Assembly: GCF_041956535.1 (NCBI RefSeq)
Contig: NW_027192211.1
Coordinates: 495,995 to 559,994 of the forward strand
Length of the DNA stretch: 64,000 nucleotides
Direction: 5' to 3'
Source of the DNA: Calcarisporiella thermophila CBS 279.70
Lineage: Eukaryota > Fungi > Calcarisporiellomycota
Shown here: piece by piece, positions 26,002 through 39,165 of the stretch
Position numbering within the stretch: the first letter of the stretch is position 1
How the letters are laid out: the number at the start of each line of letters is the position of its first letter
The notes under the pieces: generated by a model
What the model was told of the DNA's origin: nothing
Seen by the model: the letters and a program-made list of their open reading frames with translations, nothing else
Database searches by the model: none
Program-made: the position numbers and the translations under genes

Positions 26002-29000
26002 TCATAGATCTACGGTGTTCGGATTGCTGAACCGGATCACTCCATCCACAACGCACGCATCTACCTGATATTGTTCCTGCAGCCGGACGTTCCTTGGTTC
26101 ATTATTGGCCTCACCAAAGGTGACCAAAACCAAGCCAGCCTCCTTGATAGTGGAAATCAAGGGGGGTACTTGGACGAGAGGGGTGGAGTAGCACATGATA
26201 CCGAGAAGATTGTTGGTTTTGGCAAACTTGACTGCTTCCTTAAACGAGGAACAGTGGGGATCATCAAGCAGGTGTGTGTCTTGGTCATTCGGAGAAGAGG
26301 GTAAAGGCTGAACTGCAATGGCCAACTGTGAAATAGTAGCATGGCCGGCAGAGACATTTGAAGTGTCTTCTGCTTTGCGCTTACGAGACTGCAGTTGCGC
26401 GGTATCCTTTCCAAATCCGCAGTAGGAACTGAAGAACACGGCATCTTCGGGAGAGAAATTACGCAAATAAATATCAGATTAGCCCTCGTCCCCTTTACTT
26501 CCTTGTCAAAAGAAAAGGTAAGAAAACAAAAGACTTACAGTTTGGCTGCTTCCAATTTAACACCATACAAATGGATGGGTTGAAGGACGAGAATATGATA
26601 GACCTGCTCTGAGACGCTAGTCGTTGTGCATATTGGTACACGGTTTTCAGGATTGCGTCCACGTATTCATTGTTCTCGGCAATGTTGGCAAATCGGTGCA
26701 GAGCGAAGTCCGCGGCCATTGGATAGAGAACCTCGATGTTGAGGCCGTAGGCAGGCGGGAGACTCGTAAGCACTTGTTCCAGAGAGAGATAGGCTTGGTT
26801 GATGATCCGCTGTACCTCGTGAGCACTTCCAGCGCGCTCCCAGTTAGTGTCACGTTCACGGCGGCTCCCAACTGTCTTGAACTGCTCATAGGTGACATCC
26901 GAAACGCAGAGATCGAGGCCTTCCATGGGCAACATCCACCCCGAGAAGACCACAGGCACCATATCACGGGTGACTTGCACGAACACTTGGATGTATTCGC
27001 CCGAAAGAGAGGACGCAGTCACGAACGAGGATTGTCCGGCGGCGCCTGAAAGCCCGTGAGAGCCCGTAGTGGGCTGATGCACGGGACTATACGTGACATC
27101 GGGAACACCCGGATTTCCGGGAGAGGAGCCCACACCCGTAGCCTTCCAATAGGTCTCGATACGGCCACCAATTTCGAGCTGGACGTCGCGGAACGGCCTT
27201 ATCACCGAGAATTCATAGGACACTTCACCTACGACTTTGAGATGGGGGTCGAAGAGTGGACAAGACACGGCAGAGCTTGCCCCTCCACAGCCTCCGTAGG
27301 GAAGCGGACCATAGGTGCGAACATTCTGATCAAACAAATGCTGCAGGGTTACTCCACGCCCAATCACCCGTGACCCAAACGTGGGGTAGATGTCAAATTC
27401 TAGGGAGAGATTCTCCAGAGACGCAACCTGGAACGAAAAGATACGGCCTTCATCCGCCAGTGGCAAGATCACATTGTAGGGAATCAACCCAGTGTCTGGT
27501 TTGGAAGAGATCACCAGTTTTAGAGACGAGAGCCCACTGTCGCCGTAGAGACGCACGGGCTGCTTACGGTGGTGACGGGACTTGTGACCAAGGCGGATCT
27601 GGAGAAGGTACTTCTTGTCGAGATAATTGTGTCCGTAGATGCGGAACGGAATAATGGGAGGGGGAAGGGAGAGGTCCGGAATGTCAAGATCGTCTGGGTC
27701 TCCTCCGCCGTCTTCGACGTTGGGGGCGTTCTCACCCTCGGCAGAGGTCATCGGCTCATCCACCACCGAATCCACAACACACCCAGCCTCCAACAACACC
27801 GCCACACATTCCACATGGCCCTCCCACGCAGCGTAGTAGACCGGGGTTAATCCGAATTCATCCTTCATATTCAACTTACACCCCGCCTCAATTAATGCCC
27901 GAACACACTGAATATGGCCGTCGCTGGCGGCATAGAAAAGTGGAGTCCAGCCCTTGTACGTGTCGGGGGTGTCCAGATGAGCAGAATCATACTGTGTTAA
28001 CATTCTAGTTAGCTCGGGATGACCAGCACGACAGGTCAGGTGCAGTGGATACATTCCCTCAGAGTTGAGCAAGACTTTTGCGCCGCGATTCATCAAGAGA
28101 AGCGCGACATCTTTGTGGCCATACTGACAAGCGAGAGAGAGCGGGATATAGTCCTGCTCGGCGTTGGCGGGCTCGACCTCAGCTCCTGCTTCCAGGAAGA
28201 TCTTGACGCATTCTGTATGGCCATTGATAACCGCATAGATAAATGGAGTGAACCCGTCATGATCTGACACGTCGTAATTCGCCCCGTGATCTAACACGAA
28301 TCGGGCACATGCACCATGTCCATGCATAGCCATGTAGTGAATCGGGCGGCGTCCATAGGCGTCTACGGCGTTTACGTCCGCTCGGTGCTCCACGCATTGT
28401 TTAATCAGGGCTAGGCTTCCCGTGATAGCGGCCTCATGTAGACAGGTCCGATCGTTAATGTCATCAATATACTTGAAATTGATGAGGCCACTGCCCACCA
28501 CTAGTTGAACAATATCATCTGTGGCGTCCGAGCAGGCACGCCAGAATACACGTGAAACTCGGTCACTATCTGCAGAAAATGGATGCTGTCGAATTCGATC
28601 GATCACTTCCTGGACAAGTGCCACCGAGCCGGTAAGCATTGCCTTATGGAGCTCAATCGAGAGTTCGTCAATCACGGAGGCGCTTGCAAGAGCCGCAGAT
28701 TTGCCTATCGAAGCCGTGAAGTCAATGGACTTTCTCTGTTGCGGCATAACTTCAGTTGTAGCGGTGGCTGAAGGAACTACCGCTTGTCCATCAGCAAGAC
28801 TATCCAGTTCAAGCAGATTGCTTGCAGCCACATCTGCAAATTCAGCAAGGCTCTGTTGATTGAAGCAGGGCTGGATTTCCACCTGGCGCGAGAGATACAG
28901 CTCTTTCGTGCTCGATTTAGAGCGTTTGTCCCATTTTTTGAGGATTTTTCGAAAACCGGTGCCATTAATCTCGACGAATTTCTAAAATGCATATGGAAAG

Positions 29001-29647
29001 TGAAGAAAGCGGTGAGTGAGTATATACAGATGGTGTTTTTAGGGTGGGTGACTGCATTTACCTGCAATTTGTTCAAATCATGTTCGAACTGATGGAAGGC
29101 CTCCTGCAGTGATGTGAGGGAGGTTAACTTATGGTGCGTCATAAGTTGTTCATCGCGGGCCAGTACGATCTTTTTTTTATCAACAAGTGTCCGTAAACGT
29201 ACGTTAAGCTCAGCCTCCTTTTGCAAATAAAACTGGTTGATCTATTCAGGAAAATAGAACGGGAAATGGTTCAGTCATACTAGCCAGCTATATGAATGTA
29301 TATAAATATTAGGTGTGTTGCTCGGTCCTTACCTTCTCCAACTCTCGTTCTAGTCTAAAGAAGAATGCTGCCTTAATACTCTGTAGAGTCTTGGCTGGAT
29401 CGGCATCAGGTACTCCAGCTGCAGCAACACTAATGGTTGCCGCATCGGGAGCCGTGTCCACAGGTGCATTTTGCAAACTCCCGATGATTTTCTTGAGGGC
29501 CTTGTAGTTCAAATAATACGGCGCCCATTCAGGCACTTGCAAGTTGATTAGCTGCTTTCCGAACTATCGGGCATTTGGGTGAATAAAGAGAGGATCAACA
29601 AGTCAATTTGAAAAAACACGGTGGAAGCTGTTAATAGGCACCTTCAT
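26002..29647 (-). CDS. PHO81: SPX-ankyrin-GDPD-like CDK inhibitor Pho81/Nuc-2
   Basis: MK/FGKQL...YLNYKALKK...FFRLERELEK...FRKILKKWDK (SPX), multiple ankyrin repeats and PPPIIPFRIYGHNYLD. The GDPD-like C-terminus lacks the HRG catalytic motif (FVTASSLSGEY), which favours Pho81 over Gde1. Confidence 0.88.
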
Positions 29648-30508
29648 AGTTGTAATAAGACCCTGATAAATAATAAATATAAGGCTCCAGTCGATATATG
29701 CCCGTGTAGATTCGCTTCCACACCCTAAAATCGATTATGTGTGAAGAGAAGATTGCTAGATGCCTTTATGAAAGTGAAGAGAAGGAAGAAAAGGAGTAGG
29801 ATTCCTTCACAGCGAGAGAAAGTTAGAAGGCCAATAAGTCAGAGGGTCGAAATTGCCAGAAACATTGAGATCAAATTCAAATTACCTGGCCACAATAGTG
29901 AACAGTTAAATGAAAGCAGATATCATTTGAAGTATCAAAGGAGAATATGATATCGTTTTTTTTTTTATGAAAGACGTCTGCTTTAACCTCTGAACTTTTT
30001 CTCCTCGATAAGGGCAAGTTGATGGGATGATGAAGTTAGGTTAGGTTAGTAGTAGGATATATCTACAATTCATGATGGAAACAAGGGAGTTGGAAATTAT
30101 GCCGAATCAATTGATCATATATGGTGTTTTTCTCTAAGCCCCACAATTCATGTTATCCAAGTATCCGATAATATTTTCACAAATGGATATGCGTTAAATT
30201 TAGCTAACCTATACCCCTATTTGCTCTGTTAAAATTGAAGGCTGCTTCTTCTAAGACATATAACAATCATTTGATCTTATCTCATCAAATTCACTGGGCT
30301 GCCCATCTTTATTAAGGATGTTCTAGTTACATAGTTAAATTGATAGACTTTGACTGACTCTTGGCTAGAACCTTCTAACAACATATTTTCGTGGGAATAT
30401 TGAAGCCGAAACCAAAATTTCTTAATATAGGAGGGTAGTAGTATCTAGATCACAATTAAGAAAACCTCAATATACACACAATAATAAATAGATAAATATG
30501 TGATATGT

Positions 30509-31480
30509 CTAAATTAGAGTTTCTATCTCTGCTGCACCTGAAGTCAGCTCAAGTGATGATCTATGCAAGCGATTTTTCTTCTTGAGAGGCCACCACGAGA
30601 TATTCTCCAACGTGTCTTTTACTGTAGGATGTAAAAGGAAAATAAGAAGATTAATTGTTCCTGACATATCGATGATCACTGGTTCGAATTCAATATAATA
30701 ATGCAGTAGACCATGAGGTATTTCTAATGCTTCTAAGATAGCATTAGTCGCGTGTAGAGATATCGCTGCGGTGCCTAAAACGATTGTAAACGGGTAGTAT
30801 AGAGTAAAGAGTACCGAAACAAGTAAGCGCCTCTGCTTAGCCTTGGACTCTTTGCTTTCTGAGCCTACTGAGTTTAGAGTAGAAAATTCTTTTCGAAGCC
30901 GATAAAATACCATAGCTACAACCACGAAGGAATACGACACGCAAATGAAGGTCCACGATAAATATATTAATCCCGCGACAAATGTGCGAAGGCTCTGTGT
31001 AAAGTCACGGTCTGGATTCTCATCGTTATTGGATGTAAGCTTGAGGAAATATTCGGGGTCGACTAGGAGAATATAAGGCAAGCTACATAATACAGCACAA
31101 AGTAGAGAAATGATCCAGTACCAGTTCTGAATGCGCTTTGCGTATGCCACACGGTATATGAATGAGAGATGGAGATCAAACGCAATACACACCGGCATCA
31201 TCATAGCCCAGGTGCTGACCATTTGGGGAACAGCAAATAAAATGCGGGCAATCAACTGATTCGATAATTTGGGAAGAGAATTGTGGAATTCTTCAGTGTA
31301 GATAATACCAACAACATGAAAGACCACATCTATTAGTCCGATCCAAAAGCTTTGACTGATGTAAACAATATTTACGACTTCAGGTTTCTTTTTCTGGAGA
31401 CTGAGAACAAGCGTGAAAAGAATAATCCCGCTAAATGCAGAAAGCGAATTCAAACTGAGAGATAATAGCGAGATGGGCAT
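30509..31480 (-). CDS. 7TM GPCR-like protein, paralog A (intronless)
   Basis: 323 aa with about 7 hydrophobic segments, CIAFDLHLSFIYR after TM3, and TM7 LLIFLLHP. Confidence 0.75.
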   Translation of the reverse strand: MPISLLSLSLNSLSAFSGIILFTLVLSLQKKKPEVVNIVYISQSFWIGLIDVVFHVVGIIYTEEFHNSLPKLSNQLIARILFAVPQMVSTWAMMMPVCIAFDLHLSFIYRVAYAKRIQNWYWIISLLCAVLCSLPYILLVDPEYFLKLTSNNDENPDRDFTQSLRTFVAGLIYLSWTFICVSYSFVVVAMVFYRLRKEFSTLNSVGSESKESKAKQRRLLVSVLFTLYYPFTIVLGTAAISLHATNAILEALEIPHGLLHYYIEFEPVIIDMSGTINLLIFLLHPTVKDTLENISWWPLKKKNRLHRSSLELTSGAAEIETLI

Positions 31481-32149
31481 GCTTCGATAGTGAATATTCT
31501 AGGAAGTCTAGTCCACTCAATTATATAGCAGAACCTGGGATAGAAGTGAGATATAGAAGCGAAGAAAGATATTATGATGCTTGATAATAAGGTCAAATTT
31601 ATACGAAACACAACGAGCATCCAATTACCTGTTAGCGGATTAAAAAGGAAAATGAGAAATTTGATTAATATATGAATAAAAGGAAGCAAAAGTTGGCCCA
31701 GAGAGGGACATTAAAATAATCTGGCCAACAGCCCACAGACATCAGCAGGAGTTCTTGATTGAACCACTACTATCTGCATTTTTCACAATAAAAGATGCAA
31801 GGCAGAACGGACATCATTTAGCCTTTCGAAAAGGTTTATTCCTTTGGCAGCTTTGGATTTGTGTAATCGGGGTGTAGCATATTTAGAACAATGACGACAG
31901 GAGAGGGAAAAACTGAGGTGTTGTGCAGAGTTTACGGAATACAATTTTACAAAAAAAGGTTAACCTAAGTTTGCAGAAACGCACTACTCCTCTCGTGAGC
32001 AATAGCACAAATGGCAATATAGATCGATAGTAGAAATTTCCAGGAGAAGAAACACACTGGGAGAATCATCTTTTGTTGTTCTAGTGGTGGCAAAAGACAG
32101 GGCATGTCTAACAATACAACAGAAAAGTTCATATAGAAGGCTATACAGT

Positions 32150-33112
32150 TTATTCATCGATAAGCTTCTCAGTTTCTGAGTTACTAGTCACGGGCAATTC
32201 ATGCTGAGTCGCTAACCGTCTTTCCTTTTTAATAGGCCACCACGAAACGTCTTCCAAAGCGCGCCGGAATGTGGGATGAAAGAAAAACACGAGCAGATGA
32301 AATACGCCTGCCAAACTTTGGAGCATCATTAAAATCCAAAACACGAGCTTTGGAATCTTAGGCAAAACTAAGATGTCCAGGAAGAGGTTGAAGGCCGGTA
32401 AAATATACGTCCATTGCGAGAGAATAAGCACGACTGGGTATAAGAGTGCAAAGAGAATCGTGCGCTTTAAGCGGTGTTCAGAGTTTCGTGGCTCATTTCT
32501 CATATTATTACCGGCGCCTGATTCATGAGACTTCTTCCACAGCGAATATAATACCGAGACTACTGCAACCACAGTATAAAGAGTGCAAATAAACTCCCAA
32601 GAAAATTGCAAGAACCACACGAAGTATAAGCGAAGATTATTCTTAGACCCTAAAAATACCCTGTGCTTATCCCCTTCATAATCTACAGAGAGTAATAGAT
32701 GACTGGGTAGTTGGTAACATAATGCTAGAAGGATTGAGATGGGCGTGTAAAAGCGTTGTATTCTCTCCATTCTTTCGAATCGAAAAACAAATGAGAGATG
32801 CAAATCAAGTGCAATGCACACCACCACCATTGTGAGCCAGGCATTCAGGAACCATGGAAGGAAAAGGTGGAAATGGATCCACCAGTGGTCTGAAATTCCA
32901 TTATAAGGCTCTAGCAGCACGCCGTTCCTGGATACCATATACCAAGTATATTCGATAGTATCTATGAGGCCAATCCAGAGGTTTTGTTTGAAAGAAAACA
33001 CATTTACAACCCTCGGCTTTTTTAAGCGAAAATAAAGCACCAGAAAGAATAGTAGGACCCCGCACAGCGCAGAGAGGATCTCGGCAACTTGAAAGAGCAG
33101 AGAATCATCCAT
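32150..33112 (-). CDS. 7TM GPCR-like protein, paralog B (intronless)
   Basis: Likely ATG at 33112 (MDDSLLFQ). CIALDLHLSFVFR, LLVFFFHP and SWWPIKK are collinear with paralog A. Confidence 0.75.
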   Translation of the reverse strand: MDDSLLFQVAEILSALCGVLLFFLVLYFRLKKPRVVNVFSFKQNLWIGLIDTIEYTWYMVSRNGVLLEPYNGISDHWWIHFHLFLPWFLNAWLTMVVVCIALDLHLSFVFRFERMERIQRFYTPISILLALCYQLPSHLLLSVDYEGDKHRVFLGSKNNLRLYFVWFLQFSWEFICTLYTVVAVVSVLYSLWKKSHESGAGNNMRNEPRNSEHRLKRTILFALLYPVVLILSQWTYILPAFNLFLDILVLPKIPKLVFWILMMLQSLAGVFHLLVFFFHPTFRRALEDVSWWPIKKERRLATQHELPVTSNSETEKLIDE

Positions 33113-33696
33113 GTCTCTATAACAAAGGATATTAGCAGCTCTATTATTCTCGAGCAATAGCGGAGAAAAAGACAACTGGACTAAGCTGCGCTATTCCATG
33201 GCCGTATGCTGCATTGCACAAACTTAAAATCGCACACGGTGTTTAAAAACTTTTTGTTAAAAGATTTGGCCTTGGAGTAACGAGCAAGCCGAAAAGAAAA
33301 TACTTGCAATTCGCAAAGTGTAAAGCATAGAGCTGCATGTATTAAGCAGTTGGAAAGACCAGAGATAGAGTATAGTACGCTACAATAGGATATTATCGTG
33401 GAATTGCTAATTAATACCATATACAAATATACTATATTTTTCATATATAAATGATCGAACTTTGCATTTCAATGCAATTATAAATTTAGTAGCGAGACTG
33501 TCAAATTTGTGACTAACAAGCCGCAGTAAAAACTGAAAACAATTCAACGATTCAGGGGGGATAGGACAAGTCAATTGAGGGGCTGTTCTACTTAATAGAC
33601 AACTTATTGATCAAGGCAGCAACGAAGGGAGCAATTTATCTCTTATACAGAGGAAAGCTAGGAATATCTATATCTATCTATATATATATAAAAGTA

Positions 33697-35171
33697 ATGG
33701 CGTTATCTACACTTCAAAGTCTAAAACATCCTCTTGTTAAAGCAAGGTCCCAGCTGCCTTGGCGAGCTGGTTTCGTTCATGAAACTGTAAGTCGTTTGCT
33801 CCAAGTATTTTCCGATCTGTTCATTATGTCTACTAGTTCATTAATTATCATTCGCTTCGGTAGTTTACATCCAATCGATTCTTTTCAAGTCTCAATCGAA
33901 GATTAAATACTCATGTAATTGGCCGGTCATGGACACACAGGCCTACTTGGGCTTTTGCCACAACGCGATCCTACTCTAGTCCCGCCACCACCACCTTCAC
34001 CACACCAGTGGATGCCTCCACAGCGAGTAAAATTGCCTCCCTCTCCGATAATACATCGCAGACTCTAGAGACAGTCTCTTCCTCCCCTTCAATCCTTGAT
34101 GGATATCTTACTTCTCGCATTGCAGACACCACTATGCATATCGGTGATCTTAAATCCATGGGACTCTGTCACAACACTCCGGTTGGATGGCTGCAATCCC
34201 TGCTCGAGGCAACCCATGTCTGGACCGGTCTACCCTGGTGGGGAACCATTGCCCTCGTGACAGTTGCCATTCGTTCAGCGCTCATGCCGTTCATGATCAG
34301 TATTCAGCGTAACAATGCAAACATGATGAACATCAACCCGGAAATGCAGCGGCTCATGTCCAATATACAGACTGCTAAGAATGAGGGAGACAGTGCTGCT
34401 CTTTCTCGGTATACAATGGAGGTTCAGGACCTCTTCCGGAAAAACAAGTGCCATCCACTCAAGAGTCTTGGCCTACCGTTACTGCAGGCCCCCGTCATGA
34501 TCAGTTTTTACCTGGCACTTCGTAAAATGAGCGAGCTCCCGGTCCCGCAATTTCAAGAGGGCGGCATTGCCTGGTTCACCGATCTGACCGCAAAAGATCC
34601 TTATTATATCCTGCCCGCCGTGTCCTGCATGAGCATGATGGCCATCCTCGAGGTAAATTCTAGTCTTTGATGAGTTTCATATTTACTCAGCTTACATCGC
34701 TCTGACTACGTCTCAGTTGGGTACAGAAGCGGGCGCTTCCACCCCTCAGACTCGACAAATGAAGACCCTCTTCCGTGGTCTGGCTATTGTGATGATCCCA
34801 GCGACCTGCTGGTTCCCATCGGTAAGTAGAAAAAGAGGAAAATTAGAATTCTATCATCTTCATAATTAACTCGTTCTAAAACTCGCACCCCCACCCTTTA
34901 GTCCGTTTTCTGTTATTGGATTACCTCCAATCTCTTCTCTATGGGTCAAATTGCTATTCTGCGAAATAAGACTGTTCGGCGATTTTTGAACATTCCAGAA
35001 ATCAACCCTCGGGTGCAAGAGGAGAACAAGAAAAAGATGGGTTTCATGGAGGCCTTCAAGGCCATCACTGAGGACGCAAGGAAAAAAGCTGTTGACCAGG
35101 AACGGCAGCGGCAATTAAGAGAGCGGCAGGCTGCAACAGCGCTAAGGAGGCAGTCGCGCAAACGATTTTAA
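33697..35171 (+). CDS. OXA1: mitochondrial inner-membrane insertase Oxa1 (YidC family)
   Basis: TGLPWWGTIALVTVAIR, HPLKSLGLPLLQAPV, WFTDLTAKDPYYILP, YWITSNLFS and a basic C-terminal tail. Confidence 0.95.
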
Positions 35172-35635
35172 ATTTAAGATTTTAGAAAACAATAAAAAGA
35201 CTTGCTGTATACACAAAACACTACTCTTTTTTATTTTTCCCTCTCTTATGTGATCGGTCTTGGAATTTATCCGCTATGTTAATTTATGTCATCCATCTAA
35301 TGACTTGGACGCGTCTTGACCAGCATTGGAACGTGTGCTAGAAAATTAATATCTCTTGGAGGGGATACGGCCTAGCAACAATTCTACCGAACAAGGCCAA
35401 TGCGGATTCAGACCTTTGTTAGTCAGGTTTCAGAGGAAGTTTAACACGTACCAATTTTCGATGATATACGGTTCATTTATTTCTTTTAGTTCTTGGTTGC
35501 CGATAATTGTTTCTGTCACAAATTTGTCAGCAGCAGCTACTATTTATAAGAAAAGAAATAAAAGAAAGCATATATCTTCAAAAGTAGGGGCGAAGGACTC
35601 TTAGTGGCGAGCAGGGAGGTCACTGATTTTTTACG

Positions 35636-36556
35636 ATGAATCGACAGACTATCGAAGGTGAACCTCGTGCACCGATATCTAGTGCTGGCACTGAGAGAAT
35701 AGATGTACCCGCAGGATTGGGCATCTTTTGTGGCGCTACTGCGAATGAGTGCGACAAGAAGTCCTCTGTCGCATTCAAACCTTATTGGGATATATCCGCC
35801 CTGTACAAGGAAACGTCTTCCCAGCAGGTTTTCACGTCCTGTGCGCCACCCTGTTCTGACTTGTATCCATACGAGCCTCTCTCCAAGCATCCTCTAAGCC
35901 TAGGGCAATCCCATCGGGGTAAATCAGAAGAGCTATTAGAATTTCAGTCGTCCAGAGGATCCTCTTCCGCTGCGTACTATTCTACCCACAACAGCGTACA
36001 TCAGCCTGCACCCAAGCGTCGTTCAACCGCGCCAATACTCTCACGCGTTGAGAAGCATGAAAAGCTCAATATAAGGAAATTATCCATGTCTTGGTTCAAG
36101 CCGGAATTATCCCAACGCGATCAGAACGCAGCTCATGAGAACAAGGGAGAGGTCCGAAATGGAAGCAACATATATCGAAGATTTTCAGAGCTGACAATCC
36201 CCGAGCTAGTGCAGGGCCTCAAATCCTTTCATTTTTCCAATGTCATACCTTGCATTCCAAAACGAATTTCGAGAGACCAGAAGGAAAATGGATGGGAGGG
36301 GACAGAAGAGATTGTGTTTTCTTGCGCCCGAAACAATGAAGGCACCACAAGTAGAGCTATGGAGAGCCCGATTGTGGAACGGGATCAGCTACTGCGATTA
36401 ATGGACGGGAAGCGTAAAGAAGCCACTGCTATTGACGAGATATCCTACAAAAGGCAGAAATCTAGTGGCACAGTAGGTTCAAGTAGAGCAAGATCAGAGT
36501 CGCACGGAAAAATTATCGATCATGCCGTACGAGAACACCTAGATTTATTTTGCTAA
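35636..36556 (+). CDS. hypothetical protein, Ser-rich/disordered
   Basis: Uninterrupted 306-codon ORF with ATG in gene-dense context. No family motif recognised. Confidence 0.5.
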   Translation: MNRQTIEGEPRAPISSAGTERIDVPAGLGIFCGATANECDKKSSVAFKPYWDISALYKETSSQQVFTSCAPPCSDLYPYEPLSKHPLSLGQSHRGKSEELLEFQSSRGSSSAAYYSTHNSVHQPAPKRRSTAPILSRVEKHEKLNIRKLSMSWFKPELSQRDQNAAHENKGEVRNGSNIYRRFSELTIPELVQGLKSFHFSNVIPCIPKRISRDQKENGWEGTEEIVFSCARNNEGTTSRAMESPIVERDQLLRLMDGKRKEATAIDEISYKRQKSSGTVGSSRARSESHGKIIDHAVREHLDLFC

Positions 36557-37010
36557 AAGAAGAGCTATGGGTGGATTGTTTTAGGGAACTCCAAGAAGGT
36601 TACTTTATTACCGAGCTGACGAGTTAGCATAGCCAAGCACAAGATATCACATACATGTGGCTTGCTCTCTACATCCATCGGCGTTTAATCGTGTTTATCA
36701 ATACACACACTTGTTCTTATCGTAATTTAATATTTATGAATTGTCTATTAGAGATCCGTGTCAGAGTTCTAATAAATAGATGTTGCCATTTTGTTGCAAG
36801 TTTGCTACTTGCAATTCAATGAATTCCGCCCTTTAAACTTTTCTTGAGATCCCCAAGCAATATTTGACAAGAGTTACTTTTCTGGAAAGTAGTGTGGCGC
36901 GAAGGGCCAAGAGATACGAATTGTTTAATATTGAGGTGGATATATTCTCATATCCAAGTCTCGGCCGAAAAGACAGCTCGTCTCATTAGCAACAAAGGAG
37001 ACTCAACTCA

Positions 37011-37883
37011 ATGAGGACTTTTGAACTCAATTTCATCACCTCTTTCTATTTTCTTCTTACTGTAATTCCTCTCATTCCACTTGCTCTTACAGCTCCGGCG
37101 GGCCTTTTCGATTCGACACTTGCACAAATCCGACCCAAGGATACCGTCGTTGTGATACTAGACAATGGTTCAAGTACATCTCACTTCCTCACCATACACT
37201 TAATAGTGGTTGCCTGCTTGCTTATGGGCACTGGGCTCTTACTTGCCCTCTGCGGCTACACAAATATACGATTAGTAATGTTTGCGGCAGGCGCCCTTAC
37301 CTTTGGTTTTCTAACATGGCTTGTTTTATTAAATGTGGAGCCGTCGGATGGATATGGAAGACACTCTGATACTATATTCTTGGTGGTAAGTGTAGGAGTG
37401 GGACTAGTTGCCGGGGTCTTGCTTGCCTATTGTTGGCGCCTTGCCATCTGGTTGCTGGGAGGATTGAGTGGCATTCTCCTTGGGATATGGATTCTTTCAT
37501 GGAAGACAGAGCTCATTTCACAAGCTTGGGGTCGTATCCTGCTTCTCTCTCTAATGAGCATCCTTGGAGTCATTCTCTCCGTTGCATTTGATCGCATAGC
37601 TTTTATTTTCACTACATCCTTTACCGGTACCTTTGGGTTTTTATGTGGACTTGATGTGTTTCTAAATACGGGTTTCCTCATGTCAATCTTGTACATAATT
37701 GACCCACGCCATGATTATAATTATAACGCAAATCCCCAAGCACTGGGGATGGTGGGTGGTGTAGCGGTCTTGACACTGATAGGCATACTTATCCAATACT
37801 GGATGATGCGTCGAGCCCATACGGCCTACCGAACAGCCGCATATAACCCTAAGAATGGGCTGGATTACTTTATTCAACTTTGA
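37011..37883 (+). CDS. TM7S3/TM198-like (DUF4203) multi-pass membrane protein
   Basis: Signal peptide followed by Gly-rich TM helices (GLLLALCGY, GGLSG, TSFTGTFGFLCGLDVF, GILIQY). Confidence 0.8.
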   Translation: MRTFELNFITSFYFLLTVIPLIPLALTAPAGLFDSTLAQIRPKDTVVVILDNGSSTSHFLTIHLIVVACLLMGTGLLLALCGYTNIRLVMFAAGALTFGFLTWLVLLNVEPSDGYGRHSDTIFLVVSVGVGLVAGVLLAYCWRLAIWLLGGLSGILLGIWILSWKTELISQAWGRILLLSLMSILGVILSVAFDRIAFIFTTSFTGTFGFLCGLDVFLNTGFLMSILYIIDPRHDYNYNANPQALGMVGGVAVLTLIGILIQYWMMRRAHTAYRTAAYNPKNGLDYFIQL

Positions 37884-38180
37884 TTCACCCTCCAGTATAC
37901 ATTCCGAATGGACATCATTGCTGGCACCATTGTTACATATTTACATTGTTGTTTTTATTCTTTTTTTTCTGACAGCATATCAACCACAGATAATGCTACT
38001 ATACAAATAGGGTTTCCTATACATTAACATTATAATTGTTTTTTTCGGATTGATTTGACACATGCAAGTAAATTATCAAACGTAGAGAGATTGCCCTGGT
38101 GACTAATTGAACAAGAGTTTGTTACCCCACAATCTAATGGAATTGTGTTGCAGCCATTTTCAGGTGCCCGGCTTGATTGA

Positions 38181-39165
38181 TTACTTTGTATCAAGGGATT
38201 GTCGTCTCGGCCCTATTCAGATGGCATATAAGAAGTGTATGGAGCAATAACTAAGCAAATACCTTACCTCCGTTGTTGACCACATCCATTGGGCCGGTAT
38301 AGGGTCTGATCTTGGCAAGTGTATTGCTGACATTCTCAAGATATGCTCGTTTAGCTAGTGTAGGGTAATCAACCCCATTATCAGTGGTTTCCATTTGGTA
38401 TACATAAGCGGAGAATACCCACCTGTAGTAGGGTGCTCAAAGATAATCAGTGCGCGCGTGTCGTTGATCCACTTGATTCGATACCCCCCCTGCATGTTTT
38501 CATAACCTCTAAAGATATCATGCAAGTGGTGCGTTTTGAAAGAAGAGGGAAAATCGTACACATCAAGAACGGTAGTTCTGTCGTTGGTTTTCTTCGCTAA
38601 TGCAAAAAACCATCGAACACATAATGTTACAATTAATACACATATACGTTCTGCAGCACTTCAACCATAAATGGCATATACATGACCAGAAATTGTATTA
38701 GAAAATAATAGCTCAAAGAATATATGTACCTGATTCGATGAGCGATGCTGTTGGATCGACATAGGAATTTCGCTTTCGGTGCACGGCACCTTGTAATCTT
38801 GCCAAAAGCTCATCTTCAGCATATCTTACCCCATTCCATTCATAACCTTCCATGTTTTCCTCCCGTGCTAAGTTCATTTCACTTTCTTCATAATAGTAGC
38901 TTGGTAAACGGGGCTGCAACATTGGGACAGAGAGAGGAAGTGACAAGTGTTTGTTGCGGTTTCTTGAGAGGAAATCGTCTGAATTCCCAGCAGAGTATGG
39001 GGTCGGGGCGTGCCCATTAAAAGTCGTGTTGGGAGGGGAATTGCCAGAGTTAGATAGGCGTTTCTGAGCTGAATAGGACAGGCGGGAGACATATTGTTGC
39101 CTGGCAGCATTATCTACGAATGAATGGCTAGTAGATCGGTTGCGACGACCTGAGGTTGTGGACAT
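38181..39165 (-). CDS. hypothetical protein with C-terminal RRM-like domain (R3HCC1-like)
   Basis: Exons give VLDVYDFPSSFKTHHL...YRIKWINDTRALIIFEHP/AKRAY...KIRPY. Stop inferred at 38181. Confidence 0.6.

Noticed and set aside
30036-30048. TTAGGTTAGGTTAG repeat (similar TAACCTAACC near 43351)
   Set aside because: Fewer than three full units, consistent with chance or simple repeats.
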